Source of the DNA: Eledone cirrhosa
Taxonomy: Eukaryota
Assembly (NCBI GenBank): GCA_964016885.1
Contig: OZ024761.1
Location: forward strand, 11,656,001-11,720,000
Length of the DNA stretch: 64,000 bases
Direction: 5' to 3'
Below are positions 62,952 through 64,000 of this stretch, in pieces. The first letter of the stretch is position 1; each line of letters starts with the position of its first letter. Both the position numbers and the translations under genes were made by a program. Under the pieces are notes generated by a model that was not told where the DNA came from, did not search any database, and saw nothing but the letters and a program-made list of their open reading frames with translations.

Positions 62952-64000
62952 TTAACCCTTTAGCATTTAAACTGGCCATAACCAACCCCTTATACTGACA
63001 TTAAGGTATTGTTCTCAAAATAAATAATATCAAAATCTCATAGATTCTATATTATGTGAGGTAAAGCCTTTACCATGAAAATATAATAGTATATATAGAG
63101 TAATGTAAATGTTATGTGAGATATTATGTGAGGTAAAGCCTTTACCATGAAAATACAATAGTATATATAGAGTAATGTAAATGGTATGCGAGATATTATG
63201 TGAGGTAAAGCCTTTACTGGGATAATACAATAGTATATAGAGTAATGTAAATGTTATGTGAGATATTATGTGAGGTAAAGCCTTTACCATGAAAATATAA
63301 TAGTATATATAGAGTAATGTAAATGTTATGTGAGATATTATGTGAGGTAAAGCCTTTACTGTGAAAATACAATAGTATATATAGAGTAATGTAAATGTTA
63401 TGTGAGATATTATGTGAGGTAAAGCCTTTACTATGAAAATACAATAGTATATAGAGTAATGTAAATGTTATGTGAGATATTATGTGAGGTAAAGCCTTTA
63501 CCATGAAAATATAATAGTATATATAGAGTAATGTAAATGTTATGTGAGATATTATGTGAGGTAAAGCCTTTACCATGAAAATATAATAGTATATATAGAG
63601 TAATGTAAATGTTATGTGAGATATTATGTGAGGTAAAGCCTTTACCATGAAAATACAATAGTATATATAGAGTAATGTAAATGTTATGTGAGATATTATG
63701 TGAGGTAAAGCCTTTACTGTGAAAATATAATAGTATATATAGAGTAATGTAAATGTTATGCGAGATATTATGTGAGGTAAAGCCTTTACCATGAAAATAT
63801 AATAGTATATATAGAGTAATGTAAATGTTATGTGAGGTAAAGCCTTTACCATGAAAATATAATAGTATATATAGAGTAATGTAAATGTTATGCGAGATAT
63901 TATGTGAGGTAAAGCCTTTACCATGAAAATATAATAGTATATATAGAGTAATGTAAATGTTATGCGAGATATTATGTGAGGTAAAGCCTTTACCATGAAA
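62952..64000. repeat. piggyBac-like MITE left end followed by a 72-bp tandem array (13 or more units, runs off the window)
   Basis: ttaaccctttagcattta at 62952; 72-bp period from 63051. Confidence 0.9.

Noticed and set aside
63214-63996. 260-aa repeat ORF
   Set aside because: Translation of the 72-bp satellite.

Overview
AT-rich, microsatellite-dense eukaryotic DNA. The SINE/LINE complement suggests a mollusc, probably an octopod cephalopod (inference). The one clearly recognisable gene is NUP50 on the minus strand: 7 coding exons from 39039 to 10125, all GT-AG, phases compatible, 1413 nt / 470 aa, with a 21.9-kb intron after the ATG exon. The rest is mostly mobile DNA: a near-full-length RTE LINE with one premature stop, a PHD-type finger in its ORF and tandem 5' monomers; a 5'-truncated but uninterrupted CR1-type LINE; many LINE fragments; two tRNA-derived SINE families; and hAT-, piggyBac- and Tc1/mariner-type MITEs. 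Many 31-79 bp minisatellites grow out of element ends. Best leads: (1) a cluster of minimal type-I hammerhead ribozyme motifs with covarying helix II inside a ~110-bp fold-back in the NUP50 intron, next to the RTE 5' end; (2) a 59-bp tandem array that copies the NUP50 exon 3' splice site 21 times, each upstream copy reading into an in-frame stop; (3) an 83-unit variant-coded satellite inside a hAT MITE with intact TSDs. All coordinates were read by eye; no searches were run.
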